A DNA stretch of 64,000 nucleotides from Candidatus Alloenteromonas pullicola (lineage in GTDB: Bacteria; Bacillota_I; Bacilli_A; RFN20; CAG-826), in contig DVMV01000018.1 of assembly GCA_018714785.1 (NCBI GenBank), positions 10,540 to 74,539 of the forward strand. Reading direction: 5' to 3'. Position numbers and translations under genes: made by a program. The notes under the pieces were generated by a model. It had not been told where the DNA came from, searched no databases, and saw only the letters and a list, made by a program, of their open reading frames with translations. Position 1 is the first letter of the stretch, and each line of letters begins with the position of its first letter. Below, one piece after another: positions 7,396 through 16,162 of this stretch.

Positions 7396-9930
7396 TTATT
7401 TCTTGCGCTTCTTGGAGATGAAGTAGGCTCCGACGCCGATGGCCGCGACGACCGCGACGGAACCGACCGCTATCCCCGCTATCGCGCCAGCGCCGAGTCC
7501 TCCGCCGTTGTCACCGGGCTTATCCGGGTTGGTGGTTCCGGAATCGCTGGTGTCGGTATCGGGCTCCTCGACGTCGGCCTTGACGATGTTCAGCGTGATC
7601 TCGCTGCTGCCTTTGGCGCTCTCGAGCTTGAGCACGTGCTCGCCGGCCGACAGGGTGTTGAGGTAGCTGGCCTTGAGGGTCAATGTGGTGTTGCGCTGGT
7701 AGGTGTAGTGCTCGTTGGCGGTTAGCTGAGTCCCGTCGACGTAGAACTTCAGCCCGGTCTGCAGCTTCGGGTCAACCCCGATTATGAGGTTGTTGGTCCC
7801 GCCCAGGGTGAAGTCGAAGGATTCGGCTGAAGCGGTCGGCGCGTAGGATATATCGGCGTTGAGCAGCGAATCCGCGGTCGCGTTATTCCCATTAATCTTA
7901 TTCAAGGTCATGGACATCGGGTTGGTGTAATCGCCGTTCTGGGAGCCTATTCCGAAGTACCCTTTCCCGTTGGGGAAGGCGCCGAGGACGTCGAATTCCC
8001 TGACCAACGGGGTCTCGTATTTCGCCCCATTGAAGGAGAACTCGAGGTAGTTCTCGACGATGCCGCTGGTGTTCACCTGGCGCAGCGACATCTCGAACTT
8101 GATGGCGCCAGATTTCTGGATGACGAGCTGGGTCTGGGACAATTGCCCGTCGAAGAAGCGGTTGCAGGTTCCGTCGATCAGGTAGGGCTCGACGCTGGCC
8201 TGGGTTTCGTTGAGATCCCTGATCAGGAACACGAATCCCTTGAAGTTCTGTATCGATTCGTCATCGGCGGAGGAGAAGAAAGTGGGCTCCGCCATTATCG
8301 AAATGGCATACTGTCCGAAGTTGTCGATAGTGTAATCGACGCTTAGATCGATGAGATCCAACGCCTCGCGGGTATACAGCAGCCCGCTGCCTTGATCGTC
8401 GGCGGAGGAGATGCTGCCCCAGGCGGTCAGGCCGATGGAATCCTCGGTTTCGACGACGCGGACGCTCTCACCGCTGATGAACCCGGAATCCTCGGAGACG
8501 GACCCAAATTTATTGGAGAAGGCCTCCCTGGCGGCGTTCAGGCTTTCCTCCAAGGCGGCAACGGCCGATTCGTCCATGTATCCGCGGAAGGTGGTCGAGA
8601 TGGTGTTGTAGGCGATCTCGGCTTCCCTGACCTCCTCGAGGGTGGTGGCGTTGTTCATCTGCTCGATGACGCCGTTGACTATGTCGCTGTAGCGGCTGCC
8701 GGCGGCCTGCTGGACTTCGGCGTAATCCTCATTGAAGGCGGCGTTGATGGCGTCGACGTCGGTCTGTTCCTCGCCGGTCAAGGTCAATCCCGCGATGGTC
8801 TGATTGATGGTGTTCACCATGTCGACCTTGGATAGGGCGGAAAGCAAGGTGGCATCGTCGGAGAGATCGGCGGTGAGGTCTCCGAGCTGGTTGACGTAGT
8901 AGCGCAGCAGCTCGATGTAGGTGGCGTTCCCGAACTTCTCCACCGCAGCGGACTGAAGGGCTTCTACCGCCGGATCGAAGGTCCTCCTTAGGTAGACCTC
9001 GTCGTAATCGTAGAGGGAGGAGAGGTCGATGTCCTCGGTCAGGCTATAGGCGTCGATGAAGTCCTGAACGGAATTAAGCGTGACCTTGGAGACGGTGTCG
9101 ACGAATACCTCGACGTTGGATTTGGCCTCGTAATACGGACCGGTCTCCTGGTTGTAATAGGCCATGTCGTCGGCATCCATGCAGTGGTTGACGATGAAAT
9201 GCCGCTCGCCACTTTGATATCCGGAGCAGAAGTTGACGCAGAACTCCTCGGAAAGATTCTTGAAAAGCGTATCGACTGGGAAGGTGGCCTTGTAATCGTT
9301 GGCGTAGATCTCGACGCTGTCCCCGGTTACGGTCCAACCGATGTTGAGGATGTTGTTCTCGGCGGTGACGACGACCCCGCTGTAGGAATCAAGCCACGTC
9401 TCGCTCTTGTCGCCCCAGCCGTCTATCGTCTCGTTGTGCCCTGCCCCGGCCCCGGTGTTGAGGCAGACCATGTAGTCGTTGGGCCGCTCCTCGAAGGAGT
9501 ACTTGACGATGTCCATGCAAAGCCCTTGGGCGGCCTCCCCGTTGTATATTCCTTGGGGGCCAAATGAAAGTCCCAGGCAGTCGCCGCGGGTGAAATCGGT
9601 CAGGTCGAGCGAGACCTCAAACCTGGCGCGGCCAAACGTCTTGGGGCCATAATCGCATCGATTGCCCCAACCGGATGTGCCGGTAACGGCCACGCGGGTG
9701 TCATCCAACCTCTTGAATCCAAAATTCGTGGAGTTCCAAATTGAGCGCATGCTGCTCGCTTCATCGACCGTTCCGATGGCTGGCCATTCGATCGTCTCTC
9801 CTGGCAAGTTCAAAGGCGAAGCGATATCAATCTCAAGATTTGATTCAGCGCTTGCCCGGGTGTTGCATTCGCCAGAGAGCAAGGCAAAAGAACCAAGCAA
9901 AACCGGCAAAATAACGAATGATTTCTTCAT
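7396..9930 (-). CDS. Large surface protein: signal peptide, beta-sandwich-like regions, C-terminal TM helix plus KKRKK stop-transfer anchor
   Basis: 844 aa; N-terminal hydrophobic signal; C-terminus GAGAIAGIAVGSVAVVAAIGVGAYFISKKRKK; GGAGG RBS. Confidence 0.6.
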   Translation of the reverse strand: MKKSFVILPVLLGSFALLSGECNTRASAESNLEIDIASPLNLPGETIEWPAIGTVDEASSMRSIWNSTNFGFKRLDDTRVAVTGTSGWGNRCDYGPKTFGRARFEVSLDLTDFTRGDCLGLSFGPQGIYNGEAAQGLCMDIVKYSFEERPNDYMVCLNTGAGAGHNETIDGWGDKSETWLDSYSGVVVTAENNILNIGWTVTGDSVEIYANDYKATFPVDTLFKNLSEEFCVNFCSGYQSGERHFIVNHCMDADDMAYYNQETGPYYEAKSNVEVFVDTVSKVTLNSVQDFIDAYSLTEDIDLSSLYDYDEVYLRRTFDPAVEALQSAAVEKFGNATYIELLRYYVNQLGDLTADLSDDATLLSALSKVDMVNTINQTIAGLTLTGEEQTDVDAINAAFNEDYAEVQQAAGSRYSDIVNGVIEQMNNATTLEEVREAEIAYNTISTTFRGYMDESAVAALEESLNAAREAFSNKFGSVSEDSGFISGESVRVVETEDSIGLTAWGSISSADDQGSGLLYTREALDLIDLSVDYTIDNFGQYAISIMAEPTFFSSADDESIQNFKGFVFLIRDLNETQASVEPYLIDGTCNRFFDGQLSQTQLVIQKSGAIKFEMSLRQVNTSGIVENYLEFSFNGAKYETPLVREFDVLGAFPNGKGYFGIGSQNGDYTNPMSMTLNKINGNNATADSLLNADISYAPTASAESFDFTLGGTNNLIIGVDPKLQTGLKFYVDGTQLTANEHYTYQRNTTLTLKASYLNTLSAGEHVLKLESAKGSSEITLNIVKADVEEPDTDTSDSGTTNPDKPGDNGGGLGAGAIAGIAVGSVAVVAAIGVGAYFISKKRKK

Positions 9931-9942
9931 TTCGTTTCCTCC

Positions 9943-9966
9943 TGCAATGTTAGTTTAGGCATTGCA
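9943..9966. promoter_or_regulatory. Inverted repeat TGCAATG-N10-CATTGCA in the 5' leader of the surface-protein gene
   Basis: Read directly; 13 nt upstream of ATG 9930 on the minus strand. Confidence 0.2.
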
Positions 9967-10067
9967 AATATCGTTAGGAAGCGATGGCCAATAAGTTGAA
10001 AATGGACCACTTTTCGCTTATCACTCACTCAAACTTGAGCACGTTCAATCAGGTTTAACAGCACCTT

Positions 10068-10703
10068 TTAAATTAGGCGGCTTATGTCGGTGATTGAGCT
10101 TATTCGAATTTCGGCAAGCTCAGGCGATATTTCGCTGCCGATTGCCACCGGAATGAAGCCCCCGCGCTTGGCGGCGATGATCCCCGCTTCGCCGTCCTCG
10201 ACCACTATGCAGTCCTTCGGTTTCAGACCGATCATGCTTGCCGCCTTTACGAAAACCTCCGGGTCGGGTTTGGAGTTCGAGATCATCGTCCCGTCGCAAA
10301 TGACGTCGAACATCCCTAACATCCCGGTCTTCCCCAGGATTAGCTTGGCGTTCTTCGACGAGCTGCCGACCGCCAGCTTGATTCCCCGGCCGCGGAACTC
10401 CTCCAAAGCCGCCCGCGTTTTGGGGTCGATGCTATCCGGGGAGAGCCGGTCGTTCAAGAAGGCGACGTAGATGTCGTTTTTGGTTTTGAGGATCCGCTGC
10501 TTCCGCTGCTCGGGGATGCTTGCCCCATTCTCCTTCAAGACAATCTCGAGGCTGTCCCGGCGGCTGACCCCGCGGAGCTTGTTGTTCATCTCCCTATCGA
10601 AGCGAAGTCCTTCTTCGTTGAAGACTTCCTTCCAAGCCAGATAATGGTATTCATCGGTGAATACCAGTACCCCATCCAAATCGAACACAATGCCTTTTAT
10701 CAT
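10068..10703 (-). CDS. pgmB: Beta-phosphoglucomutase (HAD superfamily)
   Basis: Start re-called at internal ATG (MIKGIVFDLDGVLVFTDEYH = HAD motif I DxDG at canonical N-terminal position); KLAVGSSS, EDGEAGI motifs. Confidence 0.8.
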   Translation of the reverse strand: MIKGIVFDLDGVLVFTDEYHYLAWKEVFNEEGLRFDREMNNKLRGVSRRDSLEIVLKENGASIPEQRKQRILKTKNDIYVAFLNDRLSPDSIDPKTRAALEEFRGRGIKLAVGSSSKNAKLILGKTGMLGMFDVICDGTMISNSKPDPEVFVKAASMIGLKPKDCIVVEDGEAGIIAAKRGGFIPVAIGSEISPELAEIRISSITDISRLI

Positions 10704-10883
10704 GCGCAAAACCCGCCTTTCTTTTCGATTATATATGGCGAAAACGCGTTGAATTAAACCCCAATTTTCGAGATTTTCGGTGTTTTTTGCTCTCTTGCAA
10801 GTCAATCGAAAATTCGCGTTGCCTTAATAGTATTTAGTTGGCTTTAGGCGATAATCCGTCAACGTTAAAAAACTTGTTGAAGC

Positions 10884-11852
10884 CTATCTTTCGACCAGTT
10901 CCACGGGGAAGACCTTGTGGAAAAGCTGGGTCGGGCATCTTGCCCCGGTATGCATGGCGATCGAGGTGTCGACCACTTCCTTGACGAGCTCGTCGTCGTC
11001 CGCCCCGATGCTGGAGACGGGGTCGTAGAGATCGACGTATTGCGACACGTTGTCGTACCCCATCAGGTATATGCCGCCCAAAGAGCCCTGCTCCTTCAGA
11101 ACGCGACGAAGCAAGATGGCGACGTAATCGGAATGGCAGAAGACGAAATCGTACCCGTTGTCCTTGATTAGCTTGGCGGCGTCGGCAAGGGTCTTCCCGT
11201 CATAGTCGAACCGCAGGTAGTCGACGCTGCCGCCGATGACCGGGGAGAGGAAGTCGTTGAAGCCGCTGTAGCGCCGCTTGGTTGTCTCAGACGGCGAGTT
11301 GGTCAGGTATATGGCTTTCTTGAATCCCTTGGAAAGGAAGAACTTCCCCGCCTTCTGCCCGCCGGAATAGTCATCGGTGATGGCGTAGTTGACCGATTCC
11401 GACGTCGGCTTGATGCCGATGACGAACAAAGGTATCGAATTGTCAGCGAATGTCTTGGCCACCTCATCGGTCGGCTGGACCAGAGAAATGGCCATGGAGC
11501 ACTTGTTGGTGAAGAAGGCCGACAGGTCGCTCATACGCAAGTCATAGCCATTCGACAATGTAATAACACCCGTATAGCCTTCCCCATCAAGAAGACGGAT
11601 GATTTTGTACACCATTATCGCGAAATAAGGGTTGTAAAGATCGTTAACGAACACCGCGACGTTCTTCGTGGTACCGGTTTTAAGCGAAACCGCCAAGGAG
11701 TTTTTCACATAGCCGAGTTCCCGCGCTTTTTGGCGGACTTTATCCTTGGTCGATTCGGAAATCTCGGGCGAGTCGCGCAGCGCCTTGCTCACCGCGTCAA
11801 CCGTAATGTTGAGCGATGACGCTATGTCCTTCATCGATACCTTGCCGTTCAT
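10884..11852 (-). CDS. LacI-family transcriptional regulator
   Basis: N-terminal HTH (VSMKDIASSLNITVDAVSKAL) plus periplasmic-binding-like sugar domain. Confidence 0.8.
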   Translation of the reverse strand: MNGKVSMKDIASSLNITVDAVSKALRDSPEISESTKDKVRQKARELGYVKNSLAVSLKTGTTKNVAVFVNDLYNPYFAIMVYKIIRLLDGEGYTGVITLSNGYDLRMSDLSAFFTNKCSMAISLVQPTDEVAKTFADNSIPLFVIGIKPTSESVNYAITDDYSGGQKAGKFFLSKGFKKAIYLTNSPSETTKRRYSGFNDFLSPVIGGSVDYLRFDYDGKTLADAAKLIKDNGYDFVFCHSDYVAILLRRVLKEQGSLGGIYLMGYDNVSQYVDLYDPVSSIGADDDELVKEVVDTSIAMHTGARCPTQLFHKVFPVELVER

Positions 11853-12772
11853 CTTATCTCCAGGAAGTTGTCCAACACCGCCTCGGCGAACAGGTTGCCG
11901 AGCTTTACCATTGAGCTTGAATCGTAGTGATATATATCGGGCGATCCAGGGGGTTCCGCGTTATATTTTAACCCAGCGGAAATAGTATCAATATAAACAT
12001 TTTTGTCATCCTCCAAACTCAAGGCCTGCTTGGCTTGGTTGATTTCCACCCTATGGGTCCAGGCCAAGGAGTCGGAGATGGCGGCGTCGACGAAGCCGAT
12101 TCCGCTAGGATCGCCGTAGTAGGCGAATTCCTTCCTCAGGTCGGCGACAAACGCCCTCTCAAGGTCTAGGTAATCATCATAATAGGCCGAGGTCGAGTCG
12201 TCCTCGCCCTGCATCCAGCAGATGGCTTTTATCTCGGGATAGTATCCCATCCCCTCCAAAGTCCCCATCGCTTGGTTTATGTACTCAACCGCGAGTCCAT
12301 AAAGAGAGCCGGTCATGCCGGAGCTTGGGCTCCGCCAAGCGGAGTGCAGCGAAGTGGCCCCTTGGGCGAACTTAACCAGGAACACCGGATATTTTAGGTC
12401 AGCCCTCGATAGCGTCTCGGCCATCCCGATCTCGGGGCCGAACTGGGTCGTGGAGGTGCCTTGCCCCAATTTCACCGGAACGAAGGTCCCGTTGCTGGTG
12501 TTCTGGGCCACGGTGCAGGCATAGCTGATCAACACGTCGTCATAGCCATCCACATATTCCTGCGTCTTCTCCTGGCCCATGGTGTTGAGCAGGTATTGGC
12601 TATGGGTGTGCCCTTCCATGTTGGATTGGCCAAGCATCACGATCACCTGGGCCTTGTTCGATAGCGGATCAATAGATGATGTGGTTTCGACAGCCGATGA
12701 GGAGCCCACGGTTGGGGCGCAGCCGCCGCTAACTAGGGCGAGCAGCATGGCCAATGGAGCGATTCTTTTCAT
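11849..12772 (-). CDS. Lipoprotein carbohydrate O-acetylesterase (SASA/DUF303 sialate-O-acetylesterase-like fold)
   Basis: Start re-called at MKRIAPLAMLLALVSGGCAP (lipobox) with AAAGGTGG RBS; VMLGQSNMEG catalytic motif. Confidence 0.65.
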   Translation of the reverse strand: MKRIAPLAMLLALVSGGCAPTVGSSSAVETTSSIDPLSNKAQVIVMLGQSNMEGHTHSQYLLNTMGQEKTQEYVDGYDDVLISYACTVAQNTSNGTFVPVKLGQGTSTTQFGPEIGMAETLSRADLKYPVFLVKFAQGATSLHSAWRSPSSGMTGSLYGLAVEYINQAMGTLEGMGYYPEIKAICWMQGEDDSTSAYYDDYLDLERAFVADLRKEFAYYGDPSGIGFVDAAISDSLAWTHRVEINQAKQALSLEDDKNVYIDTISAGLKYNAEPPGSPDIYHYDSSSMVKLGNLFAEAVLDNFLEIR

Positions 12773-13611
12773 ACAAGCACCACCTTTCCGGTATCTAGCG
12801 AGATCGATTTTATTATTGGAAACTCGTGTATTCCGCCCTCTTGATGGGCGATGAAGCGCCAACGGCCATCGAAGTCGCGGAAGCACATACCATGCCCCGC
12901 GTTCTTAAGGAACGGCCGACGGGCGCTTTGGATGTAATTCGGGCAATGGAACTTCCCAGCCGGATAAGACGCCCCGGTGACGTAGTTGCCCCGCTCGTCG
13001 TAACTCGACCATATCAGGGCGTTATGCCCGTCGATGCTCAGGCAGAATGGGCCGTCGGTGACGATGATCCCCCCACTGCCCCAGGCTGGGCTTTTGGCCC
13101 ATTTCGAATCCGAGGCTTTGAATAGCACCTTGGGTTCGCCATCAGGCCCCGAGAGGCTCTCCTTAAGCTTAACCGAGCATATCTCACCAACCTTGGTCTG
13201 CAGCCATTCGTGGCAGAAGATGAGGTAAGGGGACCCATCTTCCTCGACCAGGGTTCCATCCAAGCACTCCCAGCCTTTGGGGGTGAGCTGCTCGCCATAT
13301 GGGGCGAACTGCCCAAGCGGGTTATCGGCTATCAAGGCCCGGCAATGCCGCTCGCCCTTCTCGGTCTTGAACGAGGCGATCATCAGGTAGCCGATGTCGA
13401 TCTTATAGACCTCAGGGGCCCAGTAATCGCGGTCCGGCTCAAAGTTCTTCGGCCTGGAAAACACCTCAAAAGGCCCGCAAAAATCTATCAGGTCGGAGGA
13501 AACATAGGCTTTGAAGGACATTCCCCCGGTCGTGCCATAAAGATAATATTTCCCGCTTGCCGGATCGGCGAGGATATAAGGATCGCGTATGCTTATCTCG
13601 TCAAGATGCAT
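12769..13611 (-). CDS. Cytoplasmic glycoside hydrolase family 43
   Basis: Start re-called at MHLDEISIRDPYILADPASGKYYLYGT (GH43 N-terminal catalytic Asp block) with AAAGGGGAAG RBS; ATGA overlap with downstream gene. Confidence 0.7.
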   Translation of the reverse strand: MHLDEISIRDPYILADPASGKYYLYGTTGGMSFKAYVSSDLIDFCGPFEVFSRPKNFEPDRDYWAPEVYKIDIGYLMIASFKTEKGERHCRALIADNPLGQFAPYGEQLTPKGWECLDGTLVEEDGSPYLIFCHEWLQTKVGEICSVKLKESLSGPDGEPKVLFKASDSKWAKSPAWGSGGIIVTDGPFCLSIDGHNALIWSSYDERGNYVTGASYPAGKFHCPNYIQSARRPFLKNAGHGMCFRDFDGRWRFIAHQEGGIHEFPIIKSISLDTGKVVLV

Positions 13612-14008
13612 GGTAACTTCCCCTTTCGATGTATTCTTTGCATTCGGCGTAGCCGCAATAGTAGCCCGCAACCGCCCCATCTTCGATCTGCAGCAATAGC
13701 GGCGCATAGGCGAAGCTGATCTTCGAGACGGAGGTCGCGCCAAGTGATTCGCTTTTCGCCTTCTCGGCGTCGGAGGAATAGGCGAAGTAGTCGTATACGG
13801 CGAACTCGTCGATGTCGACCATGTAGAACCCCTCGGTTGGAATCTCCACGTCCTTCAGCAGCGCGGCGCATTGGTCGCAGTAGGATGAGTGGAGCAGGAC
13901 CGAGTAGTCGCCTTCCTGGCGGAAGAGGTCTTCCACGCCGATGGAGTTGCCTTTCGCGGCGGCGCAGGCGCATAGCAGCAACGCCACCGACGCAACGGCC
14001 GCCCTCAT
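13601..14008 (-). CDS. Small lipoprotein with CxxC motif (possible thioredoxin-like fold)
   Basis: Start at MRAAVASVALLLCACAAA (lipobox LLCAC) with GGAGGAGG RBS; SSYCDQCAALL motif; ATGA overlap with GH36 stop. Confidence 0.45.
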   Translation of the reverse strand: MRAAVASVALLLCACAAAKGNSIGVEDLFRQEGDYSVLLHSSYCDQCAALLKDVEIPTEGFYMVDIDEFAVYDYFAYSSDAEKAKSESLGATSVSKISFAYAPLLLQIEDGAVAGYYCGYAECKEYIERGSYHAS

Positions 14009-16113
14009 TTGACCTCCTCCAGGACGAACAGCAGGCAGGTATTGCCATCTATCCACCTAGACAGGTTGAGCCCATAGTCGCACAGGTAGGCACCGGAATG
14101 GATTTCCTTGCCATCGACCGAATACCTCTTTCCCCTATCAAGGCCCTTCAGCCTCAGGTGGCGGTATTTCTTGACCATCTTCTTGAAGCAGACGAGAAGG
14201 ACCAGCGCCTTATCGGCATCCTTTGAGACCGACATCATCGCCAGATGGTCGCCATCGCGTTCAAGCCGATAGCAATCCCCCTGCCTGATAGCTTCCTCGT
14301 GGTAGCGGCTGAATACCTCGTTCATCCGCTTGAGGCCATCGACGTCCGCATCGGATAGCGAGCGGGGATCGAACTCATAGCCGTATGTGCCGAACAGGGC
14401 TATCTTCGCCTTGTCCTCGTAGGAGAACAGCGGGCTCTTCCCGACGTGGCAGCCATATACCCTCATAGGGAACAGATAGCTGTTGCCGTAGGTTATCTCG
14501 GCCCTTGAAGCGGGGTCGAGCTCGTCGGAGCCCCAGACCTCGTCGAAGTAGGCGAGGGTCCCGAGGTCGAACCTCCCTCCGCCGGAAGCGCAGCCGTGGA
14601 AGAGGACGTTGGGATGGGCTTCGCGCAGCTTCCTCGACAGCCGGTAATAGGCCTTGGCCTGCTCGAGGTGCATCTGCCCAGGATTGCCGCCGAGCTCATC
14701 CAAGCTCCGGTTGTGGTCCCATTTGAGGTAATCGATTTGGTGGCGGGAAAGCAAAGTATCGATTTTGCCATAGACGTATTCGAACGCCTGCTCATTGGCG
14801 AGGTCGAGCGCCAATTGATGGCGGATTAGCGACCTCTCGATGCTGCCATATCCAAGGGAGAATTCCGGATGCTCGGCGTAGAGCCTTGAGCGCGGGCTTA
14901 TCATCTCCGGCTCGATCCAAAGGCCGAACATCATGTCGTTGCGGTGGCACCTGTCTATCACCTTGTCGAGGTCGACCTTATCCTCGTCGACGTCCCAATC
15001 GCCGAGGGAGGTCGAATCGTCGTTCCTCCCCATGAACCAGCCATCGTCGAGCACGAATAGCCCCACCCCCAGCTTTTTGGCCTTGTCGACGTATTCCAAT
15101 AGCTTATCGGTGTCGAAGTCCATGTAGCATCCTTCCCAGGAATTGAGCAGCACCCGGGATGGCGCCTTAGAGAGGCTATTGGGCAATAGATGATTCCTGA
15201 TGGCCCGGCCCAATTCGACGCTTAGCGAATCCCCGTTATCCGAATATAGGCATACCGCCTCCGGCTGATACATTGTCTGCAGCGGGCTAAGCTCATAATG
15301 GCCATCCGGCAGCCCGCCCACGACCCTGGTGCACCCAAAAGGCGAGGTGTTTATCTCGATCCTAAACGACCCGGAATGGACCAAGCTTAGGCAATAGCAG
15401 CCATTCTCGTTCTCGAGGATGGCGAACGGGCTCTGCGCGTGGGAGGAGCGCCCCTCCTCACTGTAGATTACCCGGCTGCCTTCGAACAGCTCCTCGTCGC
15501 GGACCATCCTCTCCCGGCACCACATGCCAGGGAAGCTCCTTAGATGGAAGCAAGCGGCGAAATCAAGGCTGACCGATGAGGTTCTGCGAAGATAAATTGT
15601 CCGATCGGTAAGGTTTTTGACCTCGCGGTTGAAGCAAATAAGCGGGCAATCGCCATATACGGTGTAGGTGTTTCTCACCTCGATGCCGGCTTTCTTATCG
15701 GCAAGAACAAGCTCAAGGCTTTGGCAGGCGCCGTCGCCGCGGAACCTTGGATAGTCGCCGCCCTCGGGCTTGCCTTCGTAAATCCGGTGCCCGACATAGC
15801 GGAGGTCGATGGCCCGGCAGTCGTCTGCTATAAGCGCAGCCGGCCGATGGTCGGCCTTCCCGAAAGGTGGCGCCTCAAACAGCCCGACGTTGAACGGAAA
15901 CCCGCTTGAATATTCCTTTTCCTCGCCGCACTCGGAGAGATAATGGGATGACCACTCGCCATCGATGAGAGAATAGGAAAGGAAATCGTCATCGCAGGGC
16001 GCCCCATAGTGAAGATGGACCGCTATCCCCTCATCGTTGATGAAGAAGGAATACAGGAACCCTTTTCCGGATAGGCGGAAGATCTTTCTTTTCTCGTCGA
16101 ATGTGATTGGCAT
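14005..16113 (-). CDS. Alpha-galactosidase, glycoside hydrolase family 36
   Basis: Start at MPITFDEKRKIF; FVLDDGWF, CASGGGRFD motifs and ~700 aa length typical of AgaA/MelA GH36. Confidence 0.85.
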   Translation of the reverse strand: MPITFDEKRKIFRLSGKGFLYSFFINDEGIAVHLHYGAPCDDDFLSYSLIDGEWSSHYLSECGEEKEYSSGFPFNVGLFEAPPFGKADHRPAALIADDCRAIDLRYVGHRIYEGKPEGGDYPRFRGDGACQSLELVLADKKAGIEVRNTYTVYGDCPLICFNREVKNLTDRTIYLRRTSSVSLDFAACFHLRSFPGMWCRERMVRDEELFEGSRVIYSEEGRSSHAQSPFAILENENGCYCLSLVHSGSFRIEINTSPFGCTRVVGGLPDGHYELSPLQTMYQPEAVCLYSDNGDSLSVELGRAIRNHLLPNSLSKAPSRVLLNSWEGCYMDFDTDKLLEYVDKAKKLGVGLFVLDDGWFMGRNDDSTSLGDWDVDEDKVDLDKVIDRCHRNDMMFGLWIEPEMISPRSRLYAEHPEFSLGYGSIERSLIRHQLALDLANEQAFEYVYGKIDTLLSRHQIDYLKWDHNRSLDELGGNPGQMHLEQAKAYYRLSRKLREAHPNVLFHGCASGGGRFDLGTLAYFDEVWGSDELDPASRAEITYGNSYLFPMRVYGCHVGKSPLFSYEDKAKIALFGTYGYEFDPRSLSDADVDGLKRMNEVFSRYHEEAIRQGDCYRLERDGDHLAMMSVSKDADKALVLLVCFKKMVKKYRHLRLKGLDRGKRYSVDGKEIHSGAYLCDYGLNLSRWIDGNTCLLFVLEEVK

Positions 16114-16127
16114 ATTGCTTCCCTTAA

Positions 16128-16158
16128 ATGGGGGCGGGGGAGGCACCCGCCCCCGGAT
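16128..16158 (-). promoter_or_regulatory. Very stable G/C hairpin (GGGGGCGGG-loop-CCCGCCCCC) between lipoprotein stop and GH36 RBS; no U-tract
   Basis: Read directly; 9-bp all-G/C stem, 7-nt loop, on the mRNA strand about 16 nt upstream of the GH36 ATG. Confidence 0.3.
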
Positions 16159-16162
16159 AGCC

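Noticed and set aside
10806-10883. Possible hairpin TCAAC-N12-GTTGA downstream of the LacI gene as a terminator
   Set aside because: Stem only 5 bp with a long loop; too weak to call
13744-14226. Plus-strand ORF encoding an Arg-rich peptide (MIRFSPSRRRRNRRSSRIRR...)
   Set aside because: Antisense to the CxxC lipoprotein and GH36 genes; composition artefact
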